Source: Bdellovibrionota bacterium FG-2 (GTDB lineage Bacteria; Bdellovibrionota; UBA1018). Taken from it: DNA of 31,400 nucleotides. The notes beneath the pieces are model-generated. The model saw nothing but the letters and a program-made list of their open reading frames with translations, was not told the origin of the DNA and did no database searches. Position numbers and translations under genes: made by a program. This document shows positions 17,814-25,443 of the stretch, in pieces. The stretch spans positions 1 to 31,400 of the forward strand of contig JBBCAV010000292.1 in the NCBI GenBank assembly GCA_051382305.1, written 5' to 3'. Each line of letters begins with the position of its first letter. Within the stretch, counting starts at the first letter, position 1.

Positions 17814-19255
17814 CGGAAAACATTAATAACGACAATAAGCCAAAACTAACCGCAAAAGAACGTATGGCGCTTCCACGTGCGCAGATGCCCGAGCGGGACG
17901 CGACCATTCGCAGTCGGTGCTTCGAAGAAGTGAATATGGGCCTGACCGAAGAGATGGCTGTTCTTGAAGCGCAACGATGTTTGAAGTGCAAGAACCGCCA
18001 GTGTGTCGAAGGCTGTCCTGTGAGGGTTTCGATTCCGGAGTTTATCAGTGCGCTCGCTAATGGAAATATTGCGGACGCCGTGAAAGTCTTGCGCAAAGAT
18101 ACGGCTCTCCCGGCTGTTTGTGGCCGTGTTTGTCCGCAAGAAACTCAATGCGAAGAAAAATGCATTCGCGGTGTTAAAGCAAAGCCCGTGGCCATTGGTT
18201 ACTTAGAGCGCTTTGTTGCGGATTGGGCGATGAACCATCCGGCTGAGACTCACGAAACTTTGAGCGTGAAGCCTACCGGAAAAACCGTCGCCATTGTGGG
18301 CTGTGGCCCTGCAGGTTTGACGGCAGCCGGGGAGCTCGCGCGTTTAGGTCATAAAGTCAGCATTTTTGAAGCGCTTCATGACACGGGCGGCGTTCTTCGA
18401 TACGGAATTCCTGAGTTTAGATTGCCCAAAGAGATCATCGACAAAGAAGTCGCGCATTTGAGTGAATTGGGTGTGGCTATCGAATGTAACGTCATCATTG
18501 GAAAAACGATGACCTTGCAAGAGCTTCGCGATGATTATTACGCGGTCTTCATCGCCAATGGGGCGGGACTGCCGATGATGCTTAATATTCCTGGCGAAAA
18601 CCTCAAAGGTGTTTACTCTGCCAATGAGTTTTTGACACGCGTGAATTTAATGGGTGCAGGGCAAGTGGCAGAATCCACAACGCCCATTATCCAAGGTGAT
18701 AACGTCGCGGTGATTGGCGCCGGAAATACCGCGATGGATTGCGTGCGTACCGCGCGACGATTGGGCGCAAAGCGCGCCATGATTATTTATCGCCGAACTG
18801 AAGCTGAAATGCCTGCGCGTAAAGAAGAAATTCATCACGCCAAAGAAGAAGGCATTGAGTTTGTTCTTTTGACCGCTCCTCTGGGGGTTGTGGGCAACAG
18901 CGAGAACTGGGCCACAGGCTTGCGCTGTCAGAAGATGGCACTAGGCGAGCCTGATGCTTCAGGCCGCAGAAAACCGGTAGCGATCGAAGGTGCCTTTGAA
19001 GAGCTTCCGGTGAACGTCGTGATCAATGCGTTGGGAACTCGGGCGAATCCTTTGTTGACCCAAACTGCGCCTGATTTGAAGCTCAACAAATGGGGCAATA
19101 TTGCGATTGATGAAAACACTACGGCAACGAGCCTTAAGGGCGTGTTTGCGGGTGGCGACATTGTTCGCGGCGGCGCGACTGTGATTCTGGCGATGGGTGA
19201 TGGCAAAAAAGCGGCGGGGGCGATTCACGAATATCTTTGTGGGCTGGGTAAGTAG
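17810..19255 (+). CDS. nfnB: NADH-dependent ferredoxin:NADP+ oxidoreductase large subunit (NfnB/SudA-like; GltD fold, two [4Fe-4S])
   Basis: Motifs RCLKCKNRQCVEGCP, CGRVCPQETQCEEKC, GCGPAG, YGIPEFRLPK, GAGNTAMD, YRR and GGDIVRGGATVILAMG. ATGA overlap with nfnA at 17810-17813; no gltB nearby. Confidence 0.9.
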   Translation: MTENINNDNKPKLTAKERMALPRAQMPERDATIRSRCFEEVNMGLTEEMAVLEAQRCLKCKNRQCVEGCPVRVSIPEFISALANGNIADAVKVLRKDTALPAVCGRVCPQETQCEEKCIRGVKAKPVAIGYLERFVADWAMNHPAETHETLSVKPTGKTVAIVGCGPAGLTAAGELARLGHKVSIFEALHDTGGVLRYGIPEFRLPKEIIDKEVAHLSELGVAIECNVIIGKTMTLQELRDDYYAVFIANGAGLPMMLNIPGENLKGVYSANEFLTRVNLMGAGQVAESTTPIIQGDNVAVIGAGNTAMDCVRTARRLGAKRAMIIYRRTEAEMPARKEEIHHAKEEGIEFVLLTAPLGVVGNSENWATGLRCQKMALGEPDASGRRKPVAIEGAFEELPVNVVINALGTRANPLLTQTAPDLKLNKWGNIAIDENTTATSLKGVFAGGDIVRGGATVILAMGDGKKAAGAIHEYLCGLGK

Positions 19256-19258
19256 GGG

Positions 19259-19711
19259 GTGAGAATCTTAACGGCTGGGTTTATTGCTCTGCTGCTTGTT
19301 TCCTTCCTGCTTTCTTGTAGTCACGAATCGCAGAAAAAAGAGACCTCCACCGAGACAGTAGTAAAAGACGTGGTGGCGGGTAGTTTGATGGTTGCAGCTG
19401 GGGTTCCGATTCCTGTTGGGGCTCCGCTGTACCGCGATGGCAGTACGCAAATTGAAGGAAAAGCCCTTCTGAGCAGTGCTGGTTCAAGTTTTCCGCTCCT
19501 TGCTTCAGGGGTGCGTGTTGTCCTAGCAAAAGGCGATGAGATTTTGGGTCGCGCAACAGCGGAGAGCGACGGAAGCTTTAAGTTCTTTTTGCGGATACCC
19601 GAAGGCGATTACCAGATCCGAGCTGATTCTTCTCGGTACATGGGTCAGAGCGAGCTTGCGCTCAAAGGATTCAAGGTCACGGACGTTCTTCTTAATCTTT
19701 CGATTAAATAA
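19259..19711 (+). CDS. Putative lipoprotein with prealbumin/carboxypeptidase-regulatory-like beta domain
   Basis: Lipobox LLS-C; ATAESDGSFKF...PEGDYQIRA pattern; starts 3 bp after nfnB. Confidence 0.7.
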   Translation: MRILTAGFIALLLVSFLLSCSHESQKKETSTETVVKDVVAGSLMVAAGVPIPVGAPLYRDGSTQIEGKALLSSAGSSFPLLASGVRVVLAKGDEILGRATAESDGSFKFFLRIPEGDYQIRADSSRYMGQSELALKGFKVTDVLLNLSIK

Positions 19712-19738
19712 CGCAACTACTCCTGTATCGAGACAGGC

Positions 19739-20485
19739 TTACTCGTTCAAAAGTCGAAAAAGGATGGGTTCGCGCTCGCGAATCAAAGAGATTCTCCCCA
19801 AGCTCAGCGTGGCCGAAAGCGAAGGAATCTCATCAGCTATCTTGCGCGGCGATTGGTAATGCAGCACCCGCATTCCCATTTCGCACTCCGGTGCCAAGTC
19901 GAGGCTCCAGGAGTCGCCAATCATTACCGTCGTTTCGGGAGTGGCCCCAGCCATTTCCAGCGCCTTTTGAAATATTCTGCGATCCGGCTTTCTAACTCCT
20001 TCGTCGTAGCTGTAGAGCCGATTTTCCCAATAGGGTAGTAGGCCCAGCAGCTCCAGTGTCCTGTCATGGCAATAACCGCGGATCGGTGTATTTGAAATCA
20101 CACCGAGTTTAATTCCTGCCGCCTTGAGATTTTTCAGAGTCGCCTGCGTTCCCTCGTCAGTGACTGCCGCTTGCGCCGAAGGTTCATGAAAAATTAAGAG
20201 AAGTTCCTTGCTTTGATCCGCGGTGAGCATGTCCATTGGTAGCGTGCTGCCCAAGAATTCGACCACGTCGAACTCCTTCAATGCGGATTTCCGTTTTGGA
20301 AACATCGCTAACCAAGGATCGTAAAATCCAGTTTTAAGCGCTTTTTTAGAAAGAGAGTAACCCCAGGCGCGAAGCTTGTCTGCCATTGCCGAGATACCTA
20401 GTAGATCCTTCTCCTCATCCGTCAGGGGGCCTGCATGATAATCCACAAGCGTATTTCCTAAATCAAAGAAGACGGTGGTTAGCAT
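19739..20485 (-). CDS. HAD-superfamily hydrolase (subfamily IA)
   Basis: Motif I FDLGNTLVD, motif II ISN, motif III KPD and motif IV GDSWSLD. Confidence 0.92.
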   Translation of the reverse strand: MLTTVFFDLGNTLVDYHAGPLTDEEKDLLGISAMADKLRAWGYSLSKKALKTGFYDPWLAMFPKRKSALKEFDVVEFLGSTLPMDMLTADQSKELLLIFHEPSAQAAVTDEGTQATLKNLKAAGIKLGVISNTPIRGYCHDRTLELLGLLPYWENRLYSYDEGVRKPDRRIFQKALEMAGATPETTVMIGDSWSLDLAPECEMGMRVLHYQSPRKIADEIPSLSATLSLGRISLIREREPILFRLLNE

Positions 20486-20521
20486 GAGGCAACTCTATCG
20501 CTGAGCGGTACCATTCGGCAA
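20486..20521 (-). promoter_or_regulatory. Putative leaderless promoter of the HAD gene
   Basis: Minus strand reads TTGCCG (20521-20516), 18 bp, TAGAGT (20497-20492), 6 nt, then ATG. Confidence 0.55.
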
Positions 20522-20540
20522 GATGCTTGCCGATAATGCC

Positions 20541-21093
20541 TTACTTGATCGAAGCGAAAACCACCAGATCCTCCCAACCCGATTTAGTTGGAAAAAATCT
20601 TTTCCGGATCCCTTCTTTTTGCATTCCTATTCCGCGGGCCACGGCCTGAGATGCCTTATGATCAAGCTCCATTGCAGCCTCGATACGGTGTAGCTTCAAA
20701 TGTTTGAATCCAATTTGCAACGCAACCTTTGCTGCTTCTTTTGCGTATCCCTGGCCCCATTGATTATTGTGGATCTCATAACCGAGATTAGCCCAGGAAA
20801 TCGACCGCACCCAAGTGCGCGCCAGTCTCCTTATCGAAAACACCAAACTTATAAAGTTCATCGAGGGCGGCTTGTTTTTGGTAGCGCCGGACTCTCGTCT
20901 TGAAAGCGGATAACGTTAAGAATTTTCCAGCTAGCTTACCGGAATCGAACTTACCCTGCTTGGGGTGCGTGTTACGGTGCCCTGCTACCCAGACGGCATA
21001 GTCTTTAGCGCAATAGGGACAAACGATCAGTCGAAGGGTTGTCTGTCTGATCCTATTGAATGAAGCAGGCGTAAGCGAGAATTTAGCATGCAT
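20541..21093 (-). pseudogene. RimJ/RimL-type GNAT N-acetyltransferase, frameshifted
   Basis: The 5' ORF ends ...YKFGVFDKETGAHLGAVDF and continues in another frame near 20795 as WANLGYEIHNNQWGQGYAKEA...LHRIEA...GMQKEG. Confidence 0.85.
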
Positions 21094-21188
21094 TTGTGAA
21101 ACACCTCAATGCCGTGATATCCGGTCTACTTCAGACAAGCGATTTGAGTTCCTTTGTTCTATTGGGGAACTAATTTAACGCAACCGCT

Positions 21189-21204
21189 CCTGTCGCGCGA
21201 CAGG
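21189..21204. repeat. Perfect 16-bp palindrome just downstream of the DUF5680-like remnant, possibly a terminator hairpin
   Basis: Sequence CCTGTCGCGCGACAGG. Confidence 0.55.
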
Positions 21205-21208
21205 CTGG

Positions 21209-21675
21209 CTATTTTCGAACAAGTCCACCGAAGTCTCGAAGTTCATAGACGATCGTTTTCGCTAACCAAATTTCTTCTGTTCCGTGAAACCTTCGAAAAT
21301 GCCCTTCGTTCACGTCGCGGCATTCGGATGTTTCGTGGCGATACTGAAATCCACCCAGAAATCTTCCTTCGCGATACATCGCGACCAATGCTAATTACAG
21401 CATGCTAACAACAGTCTGAGCACTTGTGAAAAGCTCTGGTCTAACGATATATCCAACGTAAGCCATGCTCCATACGGGTTCGCCGTTGCGACAAATGTGC
21501 TCCTGGCCGCAAAAAGCGGTTAATCCCACAAATGAATCTTGATAAAAGAATTCGTCTTCTTCAAAAGTGATATCCAGCGATCCAAGACGCGATGGGGGAT
21601 CCTTCTTCCGTCAGACGATGCGCCCACCCAACCATTTGCCTTGGCTTTAACGATGAATCTCTCTAAAGTTTCCAT
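21209..21675 (-). pseudogene. DUF5680-like protein with a frameshift and a nonsense codon (absent from the ORF track)
   Basis: Reconstruction: METLERFIVKAKANGWVG...IP / SRLGSLDITFEEDEFFYQDSFVGLTAFCGQEHI...PVWSMAYVG...SML*LAL...RFLGG...FHGTEEI...VYELRDFGGLVRK*. The shift is at the G5 run 21594-21598 and the internal TAA is at 21397-21395. Confidence 0.78.
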
Positions 21676-21702
21676 TAAGAACTTCTATCCGTACCATAAG
21701 AG

Positions 21703-22029
21703 TTGTGTCCATCCAAATTGAGGGGCGTTAGAGGCACTTTAACGGTGTATTCTGCACATCCCTCCGCAAGCCTATGTCACGAAACCGGGGCTATTTGTGA
21801 GGCCACAAAATTAGATAAAAAGATCAGCGCTACCGTCTGTGTTTCGCGAGACGATCAAGGACTCTTTCATATTTTGACCCCTTGTGGGATTTGTCAGGAG
21901 AGGTTGATGGTTTGGGGCGATGATGTTGAAGTGGCTGTTCCACTAGACACAGATTCAACGCAATGGCAGGCAAAGCAGTTAAAGGAGATTCAGCCGTTCT
22001 ACTGGCGAAAGCCATTTTCTAGGGGTTAG
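21703..22029 (+). pseudogene. Cytidine/blasticidin-S deaminase family, 5'-truncated
   Basis: Zn motifs LCHETGAI and PCGICQERL, with a QPFYW tail. The N-terminal helix and strands appear absent, and the TTG start lies in non-homologous sequence. Confidence 0.75.
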
Positions 22030-22035
22030 CATGAT

Positions 22036-23331
22036 CTAATAAATCCATCGGGGAAACAGCGGAATCTCAGGAAGCTCCACAGGATGATCCAATTCGTATT
22101 CGAACGTTGGAGTAAATTCAGGATACCCATTGCCGCCATCATCCTCTAACTCAATGAAGGCTTCGGTGATATTGTGCTGGATAGCCTTATCAAGGGATGC
22201 TTCGTCAGGCATGAGAAGTATTTCATTTTGAATTAGCCTGGTGTAGGTCGCAAAAATATTTTCAATCAGAGTCGATCGAATCATCGGGAGGAGTTCGTCT
22301 CGATAACGTTGAAACAAAGGTTCCATTCGCTCGATAATCGTGCGCTTCTTTTTGTCACTAATACTTTTCCATCCCCCCTTAAGACTGCTGAGTTTGTTGG
22401 CAGCATCGAAGCAATCCCCAGAGGGCGATGCAGGTGTGAAATGGGTGTAATCGTTGTAATTGTTTAAAATGACGTAAGCCTCTTGGACAAATTTCTCACT
22501 AAAACGTGCGGCTTGCGGGTTTCCCTGCACAAATTCATGGGCTTTCTTGTAGTCATAGCCTGTGATAAGTTGCATAGCTGAATACACGTATGCCGCCCGC
22601 ATGGGCCCAGAATCGTCATGAAATCCGAAACGCTCTAATATTTCGTAAAGTTGCCGATCCGTAAAGCCAGGTTTTCGCGTGATCAGACTCCCAATGATCG
22701 CTTGTTCCCTGCGGCTGTCGCTTTCGTTTAGCTTATCGCGCGAATAGGCATAGAAGGCTTCGTGCAATAAAAGTACACCTTGGATAAGGTGCGAATGCTT
22801 TTCGTGAAAGAATAAGCGAGAATCAAGGTGAAGCGTAAGTTCCTTGCCAAGGACATACTGCGTGGCAAGTGTGACCATCGCACAGTGGCTGGCGTCGATG
22901 TACCCCGGCTCCGCAGCATCATCAATTCGTCTGAGGCCATGGGTTTCATTGATGACGTTACTCCCCTTTTCTATCGCGTCCAGTTTGTAACGAATGTTGC
23001 TTGCAAGACTCGCTTTTGCCCACCAGAGTCTCGTGATCATCCGCTTGGCGTAGTCGAATGAAGTTTCGCTGTCTTGAATGGGAATGATCACGGGTTGAAG
23101 TTCGGGAATTCCGCGCGGAAGTTTAGCTGCGTAGAGATCATAGGCTTCAACACTGGTCACGTGCGAGATGAGTTCGTCTGGGATGTAGCCCTCACTTTTC
23201 TCAATCGTCTCTCGAAAGGATGGCGAATCAAAGCACACAACCGAGTTGCCGCCGCCATCGCTTGATCCACCCGCAGCAAAAGCATTGTGCGATAGGAAAA
23301 CCGAGATAAGGACCACATGTATCTTGTTCAT
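22036..23331 (-). CDS. Secreted hypothetical protein with Gly-rich N-terminus and HExxY zincin-like motif
   Basis: Signal peptide ending AFA; GGSSDGGGNSVVCF and LLLHEAFY motifs; SD-like AAAGG upstream. Confidence 0.8.
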   Translation of the reverse strand: MNKIHVVLISVFLSHNAFAAGGSSDGGGNSVVCFDSPSFRETIEKSEGYIPDELISHVTSVEAYDLYAAKLPRGIPELQPVIIPIQDSETSFDYAKRMITRLWWAKASLASNIRYKLDAIEKGSNVINETHGLRRIDDAAEPGYIDASHCAMVTLATQYVLGKELTLHLDSRLFFHEKHSHLIQGVLLLHEAFYAYSRDKLNESDSRREQAIIGSLITRKPGFTDRQLYEILERFGFHDDSGPMRAAYVYSAMQLITGYDYKKAHEFVQGNPQAARFSEKFVQEAYVILNNYNDYTHFTPASPSGDCFDAANKLSSLKGGWKSISDKKKRTIIERMEPLFQRYRDELLPMIRSTLIENIFATYTRLIQNEILLMPDEASLDKAIQHNITEAFIELEDDGGNGYPEFTPTFEYELDHPVELPEIPLFPRWIY

Positions 23332-23475
23332 ATTCAGCCTTTCTAATTACCGTGACCGACTCAGCGAGTTAATCTGTTAATGCGACGTATCATGGCAGCT
23401 ATCACTCCCTTCCGGGGTGGGGTAGGTTAATTTAATTAAGCAGTGGCCTTCAATTTCAGTAATTGATAAACTTAA

Positions 23476-24078
23476 GCCGCGGTGGCGGCGGCTCTGCGTT
23501 GCCAGCCTTCGTATGTTTCTCAAGTCGTAAACGGACCAGTCGACCTGAACTTGGAGCAGGCCGAAATGCTGAATCAGTTCTTTGGTCATTCGACGAATGA
23601 GAGCCTCTACTTTTACTCCTCGTTCAAAAAGAGCGGGCGGGCACTTCGGCCTTAAGGCGTATTTTTCAGAACCAAATCGACGAAATGCTCCCGCGACACG
23701 CTGGGGCGCTACCTCAATATCCCCGTAAAACGGGTAAGTGAAATTCTAGATTTTCTCGTATCAGTCGGTCTTGCAAGGCAGACTGAAAAAGAATTCGAGC
23801 CGGGCCTTGCGCAGCTTCGAATCGGCAAAGACTCTCATCAAATCATCAAACATCACACACACTGGCGGCTACAAGCGGTGGAGGCTCTAGAGCGCGAAAC
23901 CAATAATGACCTGCATTATTCTGCGGTCGTTAGTCTCTCGCGCGAGGATGCTATTCAAATCAAAAATCGAATTCTCGACGAAATTCGCGACACCCAGGCA
24001 ATCATTAAAGCATCAAAGGAAGAGGAGCTCTATGTTTACGACATTGACTTCTTTTCGTTGAGACGGGATGCGAAGTAG
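23476..24078 (+). pseudogene. TIGR02147/DUF4423-family HTH protein remnant
   Basis: Three segments in two frames: AAALRCQPSYVSQVVNG...LEQAEMLNQFFGHSTNESLYF, then LLLVQKERAGTSAL...QIDE, then LGRYLNIP...ILDFLVSVGL...HHTHWRLQA...LHYSAVVSLSRED...IDFFSL. The 5' end and an internal segment are missing. Confidence 0.8.
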
Positions 24079-24093
24079 TGATACAGGCTCAGT

Positions 24094-24762
24094 TTAGTGA
24101 ACTTTAAACGAGATAATGCCTTCTACTTTTGAAAACTTTCCAATGAGGGTATCGAAGTCGCTGATGGGATGAGCTTTAACGAGAGTCAGAATTTCAATTT
24201 CATTTCTGGAGAGCGTTTTTTCGATCTCAATCGTTTTGATCCCAAAATCAAAATCGCGAAACAATCCTTTGATCTCCATAATAAAGCCGGGACGATCCTG
24301 ACCACGAATAGATACGCGATGTGTTTGCGTAGCGTTAACAAAGCGTTTCTCGATGATATCTAAGATAATAAGGGTCGCAATGACCAGTAACGTAGCAAAG
24401 GCCGAGAGCCAATAATAACCCGCCCCCACCGCAAGCCCTACCATGGCCATCGTCCAGAGCGATGCGGCCGTCGTTAAACCTTTTACGGTTGCCCCGTATC
24501 TAAAAATGGCGCCTGCACCCAGAAAGCCGATTCCGGAAACGACCTGCGCCGCAATTCGTTCGGGATCACCGTTGGCTGTAATGCCCTTGTATTGTGCGGA
24601 TATGTTTATCGATAAACACATCGCAATTGCCGCACCTAGGGTCAGGATAATGTGGGTGCGCAGCCCCGCAGGCTGGCTATGTTTCTCTCGTTCAAATCCA
24701 ATAATTCCGCCAAGGAATGCCGCGATCAAGAGCCGGATAACAATTTCTTCGATAGGGAGCAT
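24094..24762 (-). CDS. MgtC/SapB family membrane protein with C-terminal ACT-like domain
   Basis: Motifs IGFERE, AGLRTH, DPERIAAQVVSGIGFLGAG and GLTTAASLW. Confidence 0.95.
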   Translation of the reverse strand: MLPIEEIVIRLLIAAFLGGIIGFEREKHSQPAGLRTHIILTLGAAIAMCLSINISAQYKGITANGDPERIAAQVVSGIGFLGAGAIFRYGATVKGLTTAASLWTMAMVGLAVGAGYYWLSAFATLLVIATLIILDIIEKRFVNATQTHRVSIRGQDRPGFIMEIKGLFRDFDFGIKTIEIEKTLSRNEIEILTLVKAHPISDFDTLIGKFSKVEGIISFKVH

Positions 24763-24798
24763 TACCGGAATATACGCCGTGACGTTGAAATTGGTAAA
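24763..24798 (-). promoter_or_regulatory. Putative leaderless promoter of the mgtC-like gene
   Basis: Minus strand reads TTTACC, 18 bp, TATATT (24774-24769), 6 nt, then ATG. Confidence 0.55.
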
Positions 24799-24833
24799 CG
24801 CATTTTATGGTAATTTCCGCGAAAATATTTCAT

Positions 24834-24868
24834 TTGATTTGGTATTACTATGGTAGTATAGTAGTAGT
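24834..24868 (+). promoter_or_regulatory. TA operon promoter (leaderless) with overlapping operator palindrome
   Basis: TTGATT (24834-24839), 17 bp, TATAGT (24857-24862), 6 nt, then ATG24869. Inverted repeat TACTAT-N6-ATAGTA at 24846-24863. Confidence 0.72.
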
Positions 24869-25102
24869 ATGAAAAAGAAGACATCCATCAGTGTCTCTGA
24901 TCAATTATTGAAAATGATCGACAGTCTTCCTCATAAACCCACTCGATCTGCAGTCATTGAAGAAGCACTGGTGCTATATTTCCGAAGTCGTAAAACCATA
25001 GAGCGTGATCGCTCTGATATGGATATCTTGAATTCCAAAAGCGCCTCGCTGAACCAAGACGCTCTCGATGTGCTTGAGTTTCAGTCCTTTGAAAGAAAAT
25101 AG
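24869..25102 (+). CDS. Ribbon-helix-helix (CopG-like) antitoxin
   Basis: KKTSISVS strand, LLKMID helix and RSAVIEEAL helix; acidic tail; lies directly upstream of the toxin. Confidence 0.85.
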   Translation: MKKKTSISVSDQLLKMIDSLPHKPTRSAVIEEALVLYFRSRKTIERDRSDMDILNSKSASLNQDALDVLEFQSFERK

Positions 25103-25105
25103 CCC

Positions 25106-25432
25106 ATGCGTCGAGGAGAACTCTATCGTGTTTATCGAGGCAGCAAGCATGATCCAAAAGACTTTCGAGTCTTTATTATCATAAGTCGGCAGCTTCTGAT
25201 TGATTCCAAGTTTTCCACGGTGATTTGTGCTCCCGTGTATTCCCACTTTGAAGGGCTATCCACGCAGCTAAGCATTGGCATTGAAGAAGGCCTAAAAAAG
25301 GAATCGTCGGTTTTTTGCGATGAGATTTTCAGTATTGAAAAATCTCGCTTAACCGATTTCGTTGGCTCGCTTTCCCCCAGGAAGATCGCAACACTTGAAA
25401 AATGCCTGAAGATTGCGATTGCCGTAGAATAG
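25106..25432 (+). CDS. mazF: PemK/MazF family endoribonuclease toxin
   Basis: MRRGELY, the catalytic Arg in RVFIIIS, TVICAPV, GLKKES, SIEKSRL...VGSL. Confidence 0.92.
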   Translation: MRRGELYRVYRGSKHDPKDFRVFIIISRQLLIDSKFSTVICAPVYSHFEGLSTQLSIGIEEGLKKESSVFCDEIFSIEKSRLTDFVGSLSPRKIATLEKCLKIAIAVE

Positions 25433-25443
25433 ACTGCCGCCAC

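Noticed and set aside
17810-19255. Glutamate synthase small subunit (gltD) call
   Set aside because: No gltB is present, and the coupled upstream NfnA-type gene indicates an NfnAB/SudAB pair.
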